From an uncultured Chloroflexia bacterium (GTDB lineage: Bacteria > Chloroflexota > Limnocylindria > Limnocylindrales > CSP1-4), in contig CAVQJC010000006.1 of the NCBI GenBank assembly GCA_963712745.1, positions 256,001 through 320,000 of the forward strand: a DNA stretch of 64,000 nt. Direction: 5' to 3'. Below the pieces are notes generated by a model, which made no database searches, was not told the origin of the DNA, and was given only the letters and a program-made list of their open reading frames with translations. A program made the position numbers and the translations under genes. The first letter of the stretch is position 1, and each line of letters opens with the position of its first letter. Of this stretch, positions 9,901-19,702 are shown in pieces.

Positions 9901-10992
9901 TCATGGCCCCGCGGACGTGCTCACCCGGCGACCGAACGCGACCGTCTCGACGGCACGCAGGGTCACAGCTACCCGATCGCCGAGCGAGAGGTGCCGTACA
10001 CGGCTACCGGCCTCGACCCACAGACGTTCACCGTCGGGTGCTCGCAGTTCGAGCAGGATCTCAGATCCGGAGAAGCGGCGGTCGATGACCTCCCAGCTGG
10101 CAGGTGAGGCTGGCCGGTCCTGAGCCTCCTCGATACCGAAGTGCTCGGGCCGCAGCAGGCACAGCGCATGGCCTTCAGGGCGTTCGTCGTCGCGGCCGAT
10201 GAGTGGCACACGGCCAAATCGGGTGCTGGCGATGCCGTCGCGGACCTCGGCAGGCACCAGGTTGGCCACACCCACGAAGGTGGCCACATACGGAGTGGCC
10301 GGTTCCGCGTAGATGAGTTCCGGCGGTGCCACCTGCAGGATCCGGCCGCGCGTCATGACCGCTACCGTGTCGGCCATGGTCAGAGCCTCCGCCTGGTCAT
10401 GGGTGACGAAGATCGCACTCTGTCTGGCCTCTCTCAGGATCTGCCGGACCTCCGCGCGCAACTGTGTGCGCATTGCCTGGTCGAGCGATGAGAATGGTTC
10501 ATCGAGCAGGAGCACATCCGGCCGCGGAGCCAGGGCGCGCGCCAGCGCCACCCGCTGCTGCATGCCACCCGAGAGCTCGTGGGGCATGCGCCCGGCATCG
10601 GCCGACAGGCCCACCAGCTCGAGGAGCTCAGCGGTGCGTGCGGCTCTGTCTGCGTCGCGCCGGATGCCGTAGGCCACGTTGTCGCGGGTCGAGAGGTGCG
10701 GGAAGAGGGCCAGGTCCTGGAAGACCAGGCCGATCTTCCGTCGCTCCGGGGGCACCATCGACGAGGCCGAGGCGACTCGCCTGCCGCTGACCTCGACGGT
10801 GCCCGCATCCGGTCGCTCGAAGCCGGCGATGAGCCGCAGGGCGGTGGTCTTGCCGCAGCCCGAAGGACCGAGCAGGGCCAGCATCGTGCCTGCATCCAGC
10901 TCGAGACTGACGGTATCGAGCGCGACCTTGTCCCCGAAGCGCTTGGTCACATCGGCGAGACGGACGGCGAGTGAAGGATCGGTCCTGTTCAC
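9901..10992 (-). CDS. Fe(III) ABC transporter ATP-binding protein (FbpC/FutC-like)
   Basis: GPSGCGKTT, LSGGMQQRVALARA, LLLDEPF, C-terminal TOBE-like domain. GTG start at 10992 overlaps the permease stop. Confidence 0.9.
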   Translation of the reverse strand: MNRTDPSLAVRLADVTKRFGDKVALDTVSLELDAGTMLALLGPSGCGKTTALRLIAGFERPDAGTVEVSGRRVASASSMVPPERRKIGLVFQDLALFPHLSTRDNVAYGIRRDADRAARTAELLELVGLSADAGRMPHELSGGMQQRVALARALAPRPDVLLLDEPFSSLDQAMRTQLRAEVRQILREARQSAIFVTHDQAEALTMADTVAVMTRGRILQVAPPELIYAEPATPYVATFVGVANLVPAEVRDGIASTRFGRVPLIGRDDERPEGHALCLLRPEHFGIEEAQDRPASPASWEVIDRRFSGSEILLELRAPDGERLWVEAGSRVRHLSLGDRVAVTLRAVETVAFGRRVSTSAGP

Positions 10993-12599
10993 GCTTCGAT
11001 CTCCCCGCGCTGCACGAGCAGACCGACCGACACGAACGAGACGGCCAGAAGCAAGGCCGCCGGCACCGCCGCCTGCGCATAGAAGGCCTCGCGGGCCGCA
11101 TCCCACAGCTCCGTTGCCAGCGTGCTCATCCCGGGCGGCGCGAGCAACAAGGTCAGCGGGAGCTCCTTGAGACCTGACAACAGCACGAGCGTGACGCCGG
11201 CGACCAGGCCGGGCCGCAGGAGCGGCAGCGTGACCGAACGCAGCACACCGAGGGAGCCCTCGCCCAGCGACCGGGCCGCCTCGATGGTCCGCGGCGAGAC
11301 TTGCAGCATCGGGCCACGCAGCGCGCCCACCGATTGCACGAGGTAGCGCAGCGTGACGGCCAGCACCAGCGCGAAGAGCGTCTGGTAGAGCACCGGGGTC
11401 GCGTTCAGGGTGAAGGAGACGATGGCCAGGGCCAGGGTGATGCCGGGTATGGCGTAGACCGCGTACAGCAGGCGCTCGGTGCCACCCGACCAACGGCCGG
11501 GGAAGTGCACGACGAGGCGGGCCAGTGGCAGAGCGAGCAGTACGGCCAGCAGGGCAGCGCTGCCGGCCAGCACGAGCGAGTCCCGAAGCGCGCCCAGCCC
11601 GACCGTGATCCCCGCGCCGCCGGTGATCCCGCCGATGAGCCAGAGCGAGATGGTGACGACAGGGATACCCAGCGCAAGGGCAGCGACCGATGCTGCGAAG
11701 AGGATGGCCGGCCAGCGCCAGGGCCCGAGCTCGATGAGCCCCGGAATCCGCATGCGGCCGTGCGGCGTGGCCAGCGCCGCCCGCCGGCGGACCCGGCCTT
11801 CGGTCCACACCAGCACGAGCGCAAGGCCCAGCAGCAGCAGCGCCAGCACCGCGGCACCAGAGCGATCGAACGAGAACCGGTACTGCGAGTAGATGGCGGT
11901 AGCGAGCGTGTCGTAGCGCAGGATGGACACGGCCCCGAAGTCGGAGATGGCATAGAGACACGCGAGCAATGCGCCTGCCCCGACCGCCGGCAGCAGCACC
12001 GGTACGACCGCCGTGCGGGCCGCCGCCCAGGGCCCGCGGCCGAGCGATCTGGCGGCTTCCTCGGTCGCGGGGTCGAGCCGGACCAGCGCTGCACGCGTGG
12101 CGATGACGACGTAGGGCATGGTGGCCAGGCTCAACACCAGGGCTGCTCCCCCGAAGCCATACACGGCTGGGCTGGCCAGTCCGAGCGGGCCCAGCAGCGC
12201 CGAGACCCAGCCGCGCGGAGCGAACGCCCCCACGAAGGCGAATGCCAGCAGGTACGAGGGCACCGCCAGAGGCGCGATGGCGAGGATCGACCAGGCTCGC
12301 CGTGCGGGGAGGTCCGTGCGCACGGTGAGCCAGGCCAGGGGCACGCCCAGGCCGACCGCACCGACGATGACCGCCAGTCCAAGCGCGAGCGTGGAGATCG
12401 CCAACTCGAGCGTGCGCTGCCGCAGGAGGGGCCCGAGGACATCGGTCCCGCCCTCGAGAGCCCTGGTGACGAGATAGGCCAGCGGCACCAGCGCCAGCGA
12501 CGCCACGGTCACCGCCACCAGCAGCAGGGCCAGCGGCGGGCGACGCGAACCGGAGGTTCGGTGGACGGCCGCCCGGCGGGCGGTAGCGATGATCGTCAC
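10989..12599 (-). CDS. Fe(III) ABC transporter permease (FbpB/FutB-like, duplicated TM domain)
   Basis: Two EAARSLG motifs, SDFGAV, KELPLTL; many TM segments. Confidence 0.9.
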   Translation of the reverse strand: MTIIATARRAAVHRTSGSRRPPLALLLVAVTVASLALVPLAYLVTRALEGGTDVLGPLLRQRTLELAISTLALGLAVIVGAVGLGVPLAWLTVRTDLPARRAWSILAIAPLAVPSYLLAFAFVGAFAPRGWVSALLGPLGLASPAVYGFGGAALVLSLATMPYVVIATRAALVRLDPATEEAARSLGRGPWAAARTAVVPVLLPAVGAGALLACLYAISDFGAVSILRYDTLATAIYSQYRFSFDRSGAAVLALLLLGLALVLVWTEGRVRRRAALATPHGRMRIPGLIELGPWRWPAILFAASVAALALGIPVVTISLWLIGGITGGAGITVGLGALRDSLVLAGSAALLAVLLALPLARLVVHFPGRWSGGTERLLYAVYAIPGITLALAIVSFTLNATPVLYQTLFALVLAVTLRYLVQSVGALRGPMLQVSPRTIEAARSLGEGSLGVLRSVTLPLLRPGLVAGVTLVLLSGLKELPLTLLLAPPGMSTLATELWDAAREAFYAQAAVPAALLLAVSFVSVGLLVQRGEIEA

Positions 12600-12627
12600 A
12601 GCCTGACCGACACTCCTCTCCGAGTCG

Positions 12628-13641
12628 TCAGTCGATGGCGCCTGTGTCCCGCAGCAGCTCGACCGTGCCTCGAAGGTCGGCCAGAGCTGAAAGGTCGACG
12701 TCGGGCGCACCGATGTCCTCGAGGGCCGGCAGCCGTGAGTCGGCAGCGATGCCGGCGCTGAGCGGGTACTCGAACGTGGACTGGCTGAAGTAACGCTGGG
12801 CGTCCTCCCCGAGGAGATACTCGATAAGTGCCTCGGCGGAGGCAGGCTGGTCGGTCGAACCGAGGCGGCCGATACCGGCGACATTGACCAGCGAGCCGAC
12901 GTCACCTTCCTCGAAGAACGCCTGCGCCACCGGGTATTCCTCACCGTGCTCGGCCAGCAGCCTCAGAAGGTAGTAGTGGTTGACGAAGGACGCGTCCACC
13001 TCGCCTGCCGCGACTCCCTCGACCGCGGCGGTATTGGAGGGGTAGGCCACGGGGTCGTTGGCCAGGATGCCCTCGAGCCAGTCACGCGCCGCAGCCTCGC
13101 CCTCGACCACACGCAGCGCCGTAACGAACGACTGGAACGAGCCGTTGGCCGGGGCCCAGCCGAGACGGCCGGACCACGCCGGGTCGGTGAAGTCAAGGAT
13201 CGAAGCCGGCAGTTCGACGTCCTCCGACGTCGTGTAGGCGACCGTTCGTGCGCGCCCGCTGACGCCGACCCACTCTCCGTCGGCGTCGCGGAAGCTGGCA
13301 TCGACCTGCTCGAGCAACTCCTCCGGAAGCGACGAGAAGAGGCCCGCGGCGCCGACCGCGCCGAGAGAGCCCGCGTCCTGGGCGAAGAAGACGTCGGCTG
13401 GAGACCGATCCCCCTCTTCGAGCAGGATGGTCGCCAGCTCGGCGGTGTCGGCATACTTCGTCTCGACCTCGATGCCGGTGGCCGCGGTGAAGGCCGCCAG
13501 CGCCGGGCCGACCAGCGACTCACTGCGGCCGGAGTAGACGGTCAGGGGGCCGTCTGCATCTTCCGCCAGGGCAGGCACCGACGTAGACAGGAGCAGAGCG
13601 GAGGCAAGACCGGCCAGAGCCAATGGGTGGGTTCGGGACAT
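12628..13641 (-). CDS. Fe(III) ABC substrate-binding protein (FbpA/FutA-like)
   Basis: Signal peptide, VYSGR, SPADVFFAQDAG, NHYY, FEYPL. Confidence 0.9.
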   Translation of the reverse strand: MSRTHPLALAGLASALLLSTSVPALAEDADGPLTVYSGRSESLVGPALAAFTAATGIEVETKYADTAELATILLEEGDRSPADVFFAQDAGSLGAVGAAGLFSSLPEELLEQVDASFRDADGEWVGVSGRARTVAYTTSEDVELPASILDFTDPAWSGRLGWAPANGSFQSFVTALRVVEGEAAARDWLEGILANDPVAYPSNTAAVEGVAAGEVDASFVNHYYLLRLLAEHGEEYPVAQAFFEEGDVGSLVNVAGIGRLGSTDQPASAEALIEYLLGEDAQRYFSQSTFEYPLSAGIAADSRLPALEDIGAPDVDLSALADLRGTVELLRDTGAID

Positions 13642-13747
13642 GCAGACTCCGGGGGCTGGGGTTGTATGACTTGTCGAGCGTACGCGACCTTGCCGGCGGT
13701 CGTCAAGGAGCCATGACTGTCAGCATCAGGGGCCCCTGATAGAACCT

Positions 13748-14503
13748 TCAGTCCAGTTCGCGCCGCATCACCGGGAATCGGTCGTCCGGGGCCGCAGTCC
13801 TGAACCCGCAGGCCTCCCAGAACAGGGGATTCGCCGCGGACGCCTCGTCGGTCGCGAGGGTCAGGTCGGGATAGGCCTCGACGGCAGCGAACCCGCGAGC
13901 CTGGAGGTCTGCCACGACGGCTTGGACCAACTCCGAGCCGATACCATGGCCACGAGCCGCCGGCGTCGTGGCCACGCAGGTGATGACGGCTGGCAGTGGC
14001 GAACTCGGCAGGCGGGGATAGAGCTCACGGACGTGCTGAGCGCGTGGGTATGCCGACAGCGGTCCGAATTGCGCGTACGCCGCGGGCTCACCATCGAGTA
14101 GCAGGACCTTGGCGTAGGAGCCGAACACGGCGCGACCACGACGGAGCAGGCGGAGCTTCGGCGACGCCTCGGACGTGATTTCATCCGAGCGCGTCTCGGG
14201 CTGCGGGGCGAAGGGGTTGAAGTCCGCCGGCGGGGCGACGACCGCGGGATCGAAGGGGTTGAAGCCCACGGGGTCTCGGGGTGGAGGCGCGAAGGGGTTG
14301 TCCGAGTGAGGCGCCGGCGCGGGTCGTGGTGCGGGCGCCTTTGCGCGCAACCATGATGGGCGGGCCCCCTTGGATCCGCGGACCTCGTCTTCCCAGTAGT
14401 CGCAGGTGCGGTGGTCGAAGCGTGGGTCTGCGCAGGGAGGCAGGAGCTGGAAGGTCGAGGCGTCGGTGATGTCGATGGTCTCGCGGCCGGCGGTGCTGCT
14501 CAC
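13748..14503 (-). CDS. GNAT-family N-acetyltransferase with a Pro-rich NPF insertion
   Basis: C..CDYWE, AQFGP, ITC, RGHGIG acetyl-CoA motif, VEAYP, GF. Confidence 0.8.
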   Translation of the reverse strand: MSSTAGRETIDITDASTFQLLPPCADPRFDHRTCDYWEDEVRGSKGARPSWLRAKAPAPRPAPAPHSDNPFAPPPRDPVGFNPFDPAVVAPPADFNPFAPQPETRSDEITSEASPKLRLLRRGRAVFGSYAKVLLLDGEPAAYAQFGPLSAYPRAQHVRELYPRLPSSPLPAVITCVATTPAARGHGIGSELVQAVVADLQARGFAAVEAYPDLTLATDEASAANPLFWEACGFRTAAPDDRFPVMRRELD

Positions 14504-14522
14504 GCTCCGCAGTGTAGGACGG

Positions 14523-15233
14523 TCAGACCCCGAAACGAAGGCTGTCCGCGATGGCGTCGAAGACGGCCTCGGCATCGACAGCTACGTCGGCGGAGGCCAC
14601 GAAGTTCACGAGGTAGGCCTGGCGGCCAAAGCGGAAGAGGATCGAGCGGACCCGCAGCTCTCCGAGATCGGCATCGACGATGGTGTAGTCGAAGCGTACC
14701 CCTTTGGCCGTCGGCAGCGCGACATCCTGGGCAGAGAGCGGGCCGGTGCGGCCGGGCAGGGCGCCGATGCGCTCACGGACCCCGGTCTTGAGGACATGAG
14801 CGCGCTGGCCATTGGTTGGCTGCGCCAGCACGATGAGCAGGGGCGCGATCTGGCCGCTGCCGGACGGATCCGCGGCGATGGCGCTGACACGCGTCCCGCT
14901 GCCGTCCAGGACCGCATCGATGCGACCGGCCAACTCAGGCAGCGTGTCGGCCACCGCTTCGATGAGGTCGCTGGTCTGCTCTCCGCCCAGAGCCACGCCC
15001 GACCAACCCGCAGGCAGGACCATCGTGTAGCCATCCGGGTGCGGCCACCACATCGCCACTTCGCTGCTGGCAGCGCCATCGGCGGCAGGGTCGGCCTCCG
15101 GCGCAGACACGACTGTCGCGGCGGGGTCGAGCAGAGCTTGGAACACGGCAGCCGTCGGTGCGCTGCAGCCTACGGCGATGAAGCCCGCTAGCGCGATGAC
15201 AAGGATGCCGACTGGGGTCGTTCGGCTCGTCAT
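14523..15233 (-). CDS. Hypothetical lipoprotein
   Basis: Hydrophobic N-terminus ending in lipobox-like AVGC; LPAGW motif. Confidence 0.6.
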   Translation of the reverse strand: MTSRTTPVGILVIALAGFIAVGCSAPTAAVFQALLDPAATVVSAPEADPAADGAASSEVAMWWPHPDGYTMVLPAGWSGVALGGEQTSDLIEAVADTLPELAGRIDAVLDGSGTRVSAIAADPSGSGQIAPLLIVLAQPTNGQRAHVLKTGVRERIGALPGRTGPLSAQDVALPTAKGVRFDYTIVDADLGELRVRSILFRFGRQAYLVNFVASADVAVDAEAVFDAIADSLRFGV

Positions 15234-15360
15234 TCCGGCCACAGCATGGCGCAGAACCCCGGAATGTGCAGGCGACCGTTCGGCCCCTGCCAGTGGTGCC
15301 GAATGCCTTATGGGTCCCCTGCTGGCCCGCTGCTATAGTCGCCACACAACTCGCATACAC

Positions 15361-15520
<160 letters not shown>

Positions 15521-15641
15521 AGCCGCCGACGGCATGTCGGCGTGCGGTCGCTCGCGGCACGCGACCGGCCCGCCCCGGCGGGAGCGGTGCGTCCGTCTCT
15601 TCTTGTCGATGCCTCGATGGGGTGGCCGGAGGTCACCAGAC

Positions 15642-16418
15642 TTGGACGCCATCGAGCTCCACGCTATCGCTCGCAGTTTCGAGATCGACGGTTCGCGCCT
15701 GCTCGCGCTCGACGGCATCGATCTGCACGTGGCCGAACGCGAGATCGTGGCCATCGTGGGGCCCAACGGCTGCGGCAAGTCCACGCTGCTGCGCGTGGCA
15801 AGCGGTCTGCTGCCTCCCGATCGGGGCAGCGTGCTGGCCTTCGACTCGACGGTGGCTGGGCCCGACCCGCGGGTGGGGCTGGTGTTCCAGGAGCCACGCT
15901 TGCTGCCGTGGCGCGATGTGCTTGCCAACGTCGCCTTCCCGCTGGAACTGGCGGGGATCGGGCGGAGCGAACGAGAGGATCGGGCCAACCAGGCGCTGCG
16001 GCTGACGGGCCTGGAGGCCTTCGCGCGGGCCTATCCCGACCAACTGTCAGGTGGCATGGCGCAGCGAGCGGCCCTCGCGCGCGCCCTGGCACCCGAGCCC
16101 GATGTCCTGCTCCTCGACGAGCCCTTCAGTGCGCTCGACGCCATGACGCGTGAGCGCCTCGATGACGAGTTGCTCTCGCTGTGGGGCCAGACCGGAACCA
16201 CCATCGTGCTCGTCACCCACAGCATCTCAGAGGCCGTCTACCTTTCCGATCGCGTGCTTGTGATGTCCGCCCGACCTGGTCGCATCGTGGCCGAAGTACC
16301 CGTCGAGGCACCGCGTCCCCGCCACCTCCTGGGCGCCGGTGCCTCGATGTTCAGCGCCGCCGCCGACGATGTGCGTGCTCATCTCACCTCCAACGCTCAG
16401 GCTGGGGCCGCGGCATGA
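15642..16418 (+). CDS. NitT/TauT-family ABC ATPase, riboflavin uptake
   Basis: GPNGCGKST, FQEPRLLPW, LSGGMAQR, LLLDEPF. TTG start with GGAGG RBS. Confidence 0.9.
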   Translation: MDAIELHAIARSFEIDGSRLLALDGIDLHVAEREIVAIVGPNGCGKSTLLRVASGLLPPDRGSVLAFDSTVAGPDPRVGLVFQEPRLLPWRDVLANVAFPLELAGIGRSEREDRANQALRLTGLEAFARAYPDQLSGGMAQRAALARALAPEPDVLLLDEPFSALDAMTRERLDDELLSLWGQTGTTIVLVTHSISEAVYLSDRVLVMSARPGRIVAEVPVEAPRPRHLLGAGASMFSAAADDVRAHLTSNAQAGAAA

Positions 16419-17242
16419 CCGCCACTGCCCCGGGCAGGGATACGCCCGCCGAACTTGCAGCGGCCGATCGTCGGGTAAGCCGTGGACACCGAGTCATCCG
16501 CGACGTGGGCCCGGTCGCCGCCGCAGCCCTGGTCTTCCTCGTGGCCTGGCAGTTGGTCGTGATCGTCGGCGACTACCCGTCCTACATCCTGCCGGGACCG
16601 TTGGTCGTGGCCGAGCGCTTCGTCAGCGGCTGGTTGGAAGGCACCATCGGCCCACACTTCTGGACCACACTGGCCGAGGTGATGCTGGGCCTGGCCGTCG
16701 GCGGTATCGCCGGCATCCTCACCGGCATCCTGCTGGCCCGGTCTCGCCTCGCCGCGCGCATGCTCTCGCCCTACATCGTGGCGGCGCAGGCCACGCCCAT
16801 CCTGGCGCTGGCGCCCCTCATCGCCCTCTGGTTCGGCACCGGCCTGGGCAGCCGTGTGCTCATCTGCGGGCTCATCTGCTTCTTCCCGGTCGCGGTCGGC
16901 ACGATGGTGGGCATCCGCTCGGTCGACCCCAAGCTCATCGAACTGGGCCGCAGCCTGCGAGCCACGCGGCGGCAGCGCCTGTCGCGCATCGAAGTGCCTT
17001 CTGCCCTGCCGCAGATCATGGGCAGCCTGCGCATCGGCGTTACGCTCGCGGTAGTAGGGGCCATCGTGGCCGAATGGGCCGGTGGCGACAGCGGCCTGGG
17101 CGTGCTCATCAACCTCGCGCGCGGCAGCATGTTCGATATCCCCCTGATGTTCGCCGCTCTCTTGACCATCGCCATGCTGGGCGTCGCTCTCTACCTCGTC
17201 GTCGTACTCATCGAACGACACCTCGTCCGCAGTCCCGACTGA
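16415..17242 (+). CDS. ribX: ABC permease, RibX-like riboflavin transporter
   Basis: QATPILALAP, VVGAIVAEW motifs; FMN riboswitch context. ATGA overlap with the ATPase. Confidence 0.75.
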   Translation: MTATAPGRDTPAELAAADRRVSRGHRVIRDVGPVAAAALVFLVAWQLVVIVGDYPSYILPGPLVVAERFVSGWLEGTIGPHFWTTLAEVMLGLAVGGIAGILTGILLARSRLAARMLSPYIVAAQATPILALAPLIALWFGTGLGSRVLICGLICFFPVAVGTMVGIRSVDPKLIELGRSLRATRRQRLSRIEVPSALPQIMGSLRIGVTLAVVGAIVAEWAGGDSGLGVLINLARGSMFDIPLMFAALLTIAMLGVALYLVVVLIERHLVRSPD

Positions 17243-17266
17243 CCACGCGAAAGGATCAACTCCAAG

Positions 17267-18307
17267 ATGGACCGCTCGTTTCCGAACCTTCGTCGTGCTG
17301 TCGGCCTCAGCGCCCTCGCGGCCGTCCTCACGCTGTCGCTGGCCGGGGCAGCCGGGGCAGCCGGGGCATCGAGCGAGGACGACACGGTGCGCACAGAGCT
17401 CACGGTGGGCCTCGGCTACATCCCGAGCGTGCAATTCGCACAGTTCTACTTCGCCGACAAGGCCGGCTACTACGACGAGGCCGGCCTCGATGTGAACTTC
17501 GAGAACAAGATCGATCCCGAGCTGATCACGCTGCTGGCGCGCGGGGCCATCGACGTGGGCATGGCCGACGGCACGAGCGTGATCCCGGCGGTCAGCCAGG
17601 GGATCCCTGTCGTGTACGGAGCCACCATCTACGGCCGTGACCCGAACGTGGTCTTCAGCCAGGCGTCCAGCGGAATCGAGAGTGCAGCCGACCTGGCTGG
17701 GGCGACGATCGGCATCCCAGGGCGCTATGGCTCCTCGTGGGTAGCCCTCCAGGCCCTACTGTCGTCCGCCGGCCTGTCGCCGGAAGATGCTGAGATCGTG
17801 ACGTACCCCCACTTCGGCCAGGGCGTGGCGGTGGCGAACGGGCAGGTCGATGCAGCGACTGGTTTTGTCACCAACGAGCCGGTCCAGCTGGCGCTGCAGG
17901 GACTCGACGTGAACGTACTGCACGTGTCCGATGTCGCTCCCCTGCCCGGCCCCGGCCTGGTGACCGGCAAGGTGACACTCGAGTCCAAGGGTGATGCCCT
18001 GCGCGCCTTCACCGCGGCCACGATCCGGGCCATGGAGGAGATCGCGGCCGACCCTCAGCTCGGGCTCGACGCCACGTTCGCGCGGGTGCCTGAGCTGGCG
18101 GGCGACCCCCAGACCCAGCTGGCGATCCTGCAGGCGACCATCGCCTCGTGGGAAGGCGAGCACGCCGCCGAGCACGGGCTTGGCAGCGTCGATCGCAGCG
18201 CCTGGGAGTCGGGCCTCAAGATCATGCGCTCGATCCCCGGCTCGACCGTGGCGGAAGACCTGACGGTGGACGATCTCGTGACCGACGCGCTGCAGCCGGA
18301 ACGATGA
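17267..18307 (+). CDS. ribY: NMT1/THI5-like substrate-binding protein, RibY-like
   Basis: Signal peptide, LGYIPSVQFA, GIPGRYGSSW, NEPVQL; riboswitch context. Confidence 0.75.
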   Translation: MDRSFPNLRRAVGLSALAAVLTLSLAGAAGAAGASSEDDTVRTELTVGLGYIPSVQFAQFYFADKAGYYDEAGLDVNFENKIDPELITLLARGAIDVGMADGTSVIPAVSQGIPVVYGATIYGRDPNVVFSQASSGIESAADLAGATIGIPGRYGSSWVALQALLSSAGLSPEDAEIVTYPHFGQGVAVANGQVDAATGFVTNEPVQLALQGLDVNVLHVSDVAPLPGPGLVTGKVTLESKGDALRAFTAATIRAMEEIAADPQLGLDATFARVPELAGDPQTQLAILQATIASWEGEHAAEHGLGSVDRSAWESGLKIMRSIPGSTVAEDLTVDDLVTDALQPER

Positions 18308-18501
18308 CCGATACTACGGGTATGTCTCACCGCGACGCGACCCACGCCAGCGCCAACGACGAGCCCGATGGCGGCCACGGCCACGCACACGCAGGCGAGC
18401 CGCTCGGTCCGGTCGATGTGACTGCCTGGGGTTATGCCCTGGCCGGCTCGTTGCTGGGTGTTCTGGTGGTGCTGGCCCTTCTCGTCGCCCGCGGTTTCTA
18501 A
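18304..18501 (+). CDS. Small His-rich membrane protein (65 aa)
   Basis: ATGA overlap with the preceding stop; GGHGHAHAGEPLGPVD followed by one C-terminal TM helix. Confidence 0.6.
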   Translation: MTDTTGMSHRDATHASANDEPDGGHGHAHAGEPLGPVDVTAWGYALAGSLLGVLVVLALLVARGF

Positions 18502-18523
18502 CGCACGGAGTCCACGCCCGGGC

Positions 18524-19186
18524 TCAATCGCCCTCTGGTCGACGTAGCGTGCCCTTGGCCACGCGCTCACGAGCCCGGTCGGCCGTGCTCTGGATCTGCT
18601 GGAGCCGCTGGTCGAGCTCCGCGATCACCGCACCTGCGAAGCCATCGTCTCCGATGGAACCGATGTTCGCGCGCACATTGACCGCCGCCGCACGAGCGGC
18701 GCAGTCGAGCAGGAGCGCGGCCACATCCAGGTCGCTGGCGACATGGAGGTTGGTGCGCCCGACCAGCCGGTCTACGAGCTCGACCTGGGCGTGGCAGGCC
18801 TTGACCACACCCAGCGGCACGACCGTGGCCTCGCGAGCGGCATCACGAGTGGCTGCGGCGCGGGCTTCCTCCTGCTCCTCGGTCTCGCGCGGGAGGCCGC
18901 GTGCCGCACGATAGGCCGCATAGGCGGCAGCATCCGCATCGGCCAACTCGAGGCACCGCAGGCGAGCTGCGTCCGAGGCCGCCAACGCTTCGGCGTGCAG
19001 CTCGGCATGATTCGCGTACTTGGGCCGGTCAAGCGACAGCCGCACGACCATGGAGGTGAGACTCGCGGCGAGCGCGGCGGCGACAGCGGCGGCGGCCCCA
19101 CCACCCGGGGTCGGCTGCTCCGAGGCAAGCGCCCGGGCGAAGTCACCGAGGAGCATGTCAGCGACGCGATGCGCTCGTTCATCCAT
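18524..19186 (-). CDS. Formiminotetrahydrofolate cyclodeaminase/cyclohydrolase (FTCD C-terminal family)
   Basis: LASEQPTPGGG, LADADAAAY, ASDL, NVRANI motifs. Confidence 0.88.
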   Translation of the reverse strand: MDERAHRVADMLLGDFARALASEQPTPGGGAAAAVAAALAASLTSMVVRLSLDRPKYANHAELHAEALAASDAARLRCLELADADAAAYAAYRAARGLPRETEEQEEARAAATRDAAREATVVPLGVVKACHAQVELVDRLVGRTNLHVASDLDVAALLLDCAARAAAVNVRANIGSIGDDGFAGAVIAELDQRLQQIQSTADRARERVAKGTLRRPEGD

Positions 19187-19245
19187 CGCGCGCATTCTCG
19201 CATGCGGCTGGGCGGGGTGTCCCGGTCGACGGTGGCAGCGGCCAG

Positions 19246-19518
19246 TCAGGCTGCCTGGGCGATCGCAGAGCCGCGCCCAGGCAGCTCCTCCACGGTCCAG
19301 CGCCGGTCACGAGGGAGATGGATCAGGCGATAACGCCGATGCGCCGTCATCACGACGAAGACGGTGCGCGGTCCCGAATCGAGAGGGTAGGCCGAAGTCT
19401 CATCCCGGACGGACTCCAGCCCGGTCACGGCCAGCCGCTGGCCGTGGGCTCGGATCTCGCGAGGACGACCGGCGCTGTCGACGGTGACGGCAGAGGCGAT
19501 GGCGCGGAGGTTGAACAT
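19246..19518 (-). CDS. Small DUF6504/ImuB-C-like protein, predicted SOS-regulated
   Basis: V.VD..GRP....V.....F.V......YRL......W pattern; AAGGAG RBS; two SOS boxes upstream. Confidence 0.6.
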   Translation of the reverse strand: MFNLRAIASAVTVDSAGRPREIRAHGQRLAVTGLESVRDETSAYPLDSGPRTVFVVMTAHRRYRLIHLPRDRRWTVEELPGRGSAIAQAA

Positions 19519-19576
19519 GGCGATGGCTCCTTGCTGCGTGCGACGCGGCCGAGGGGCACATTCGGACCGGCAATGT

Positions 19577-19626
19577 CGAACATCTGTTCTGTTGCGGCCC
19601 TGGGATGCTAACCGAACATCTGTTCG
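19577..19626. promoter_or_regulatory. Two LexA (SOS) boxes
   Basis: GAACATCTGTTC at 19578-19589 and 19614-19625 match the GAAC-N4-GTTC consensus. Confidence 0.85.
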
Positions 19627-19702
19627 AACGTCAACCCCGCGGCCGTTTCGTGGACGATCGTGGGCGTTGGGCGTGCCACCTCCGATGTCACGACCGGGAC
19701 GG

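Noticed and set aside
9901-12944. Extended 686-aa ATPase and 651-aa permease in the ORF track (also long N-termini on dinB, ykvA, the flippase and others)
   Set aside because: Upstream extensions overlap neighbouring genes and lack family motifs; starts were reassigned.
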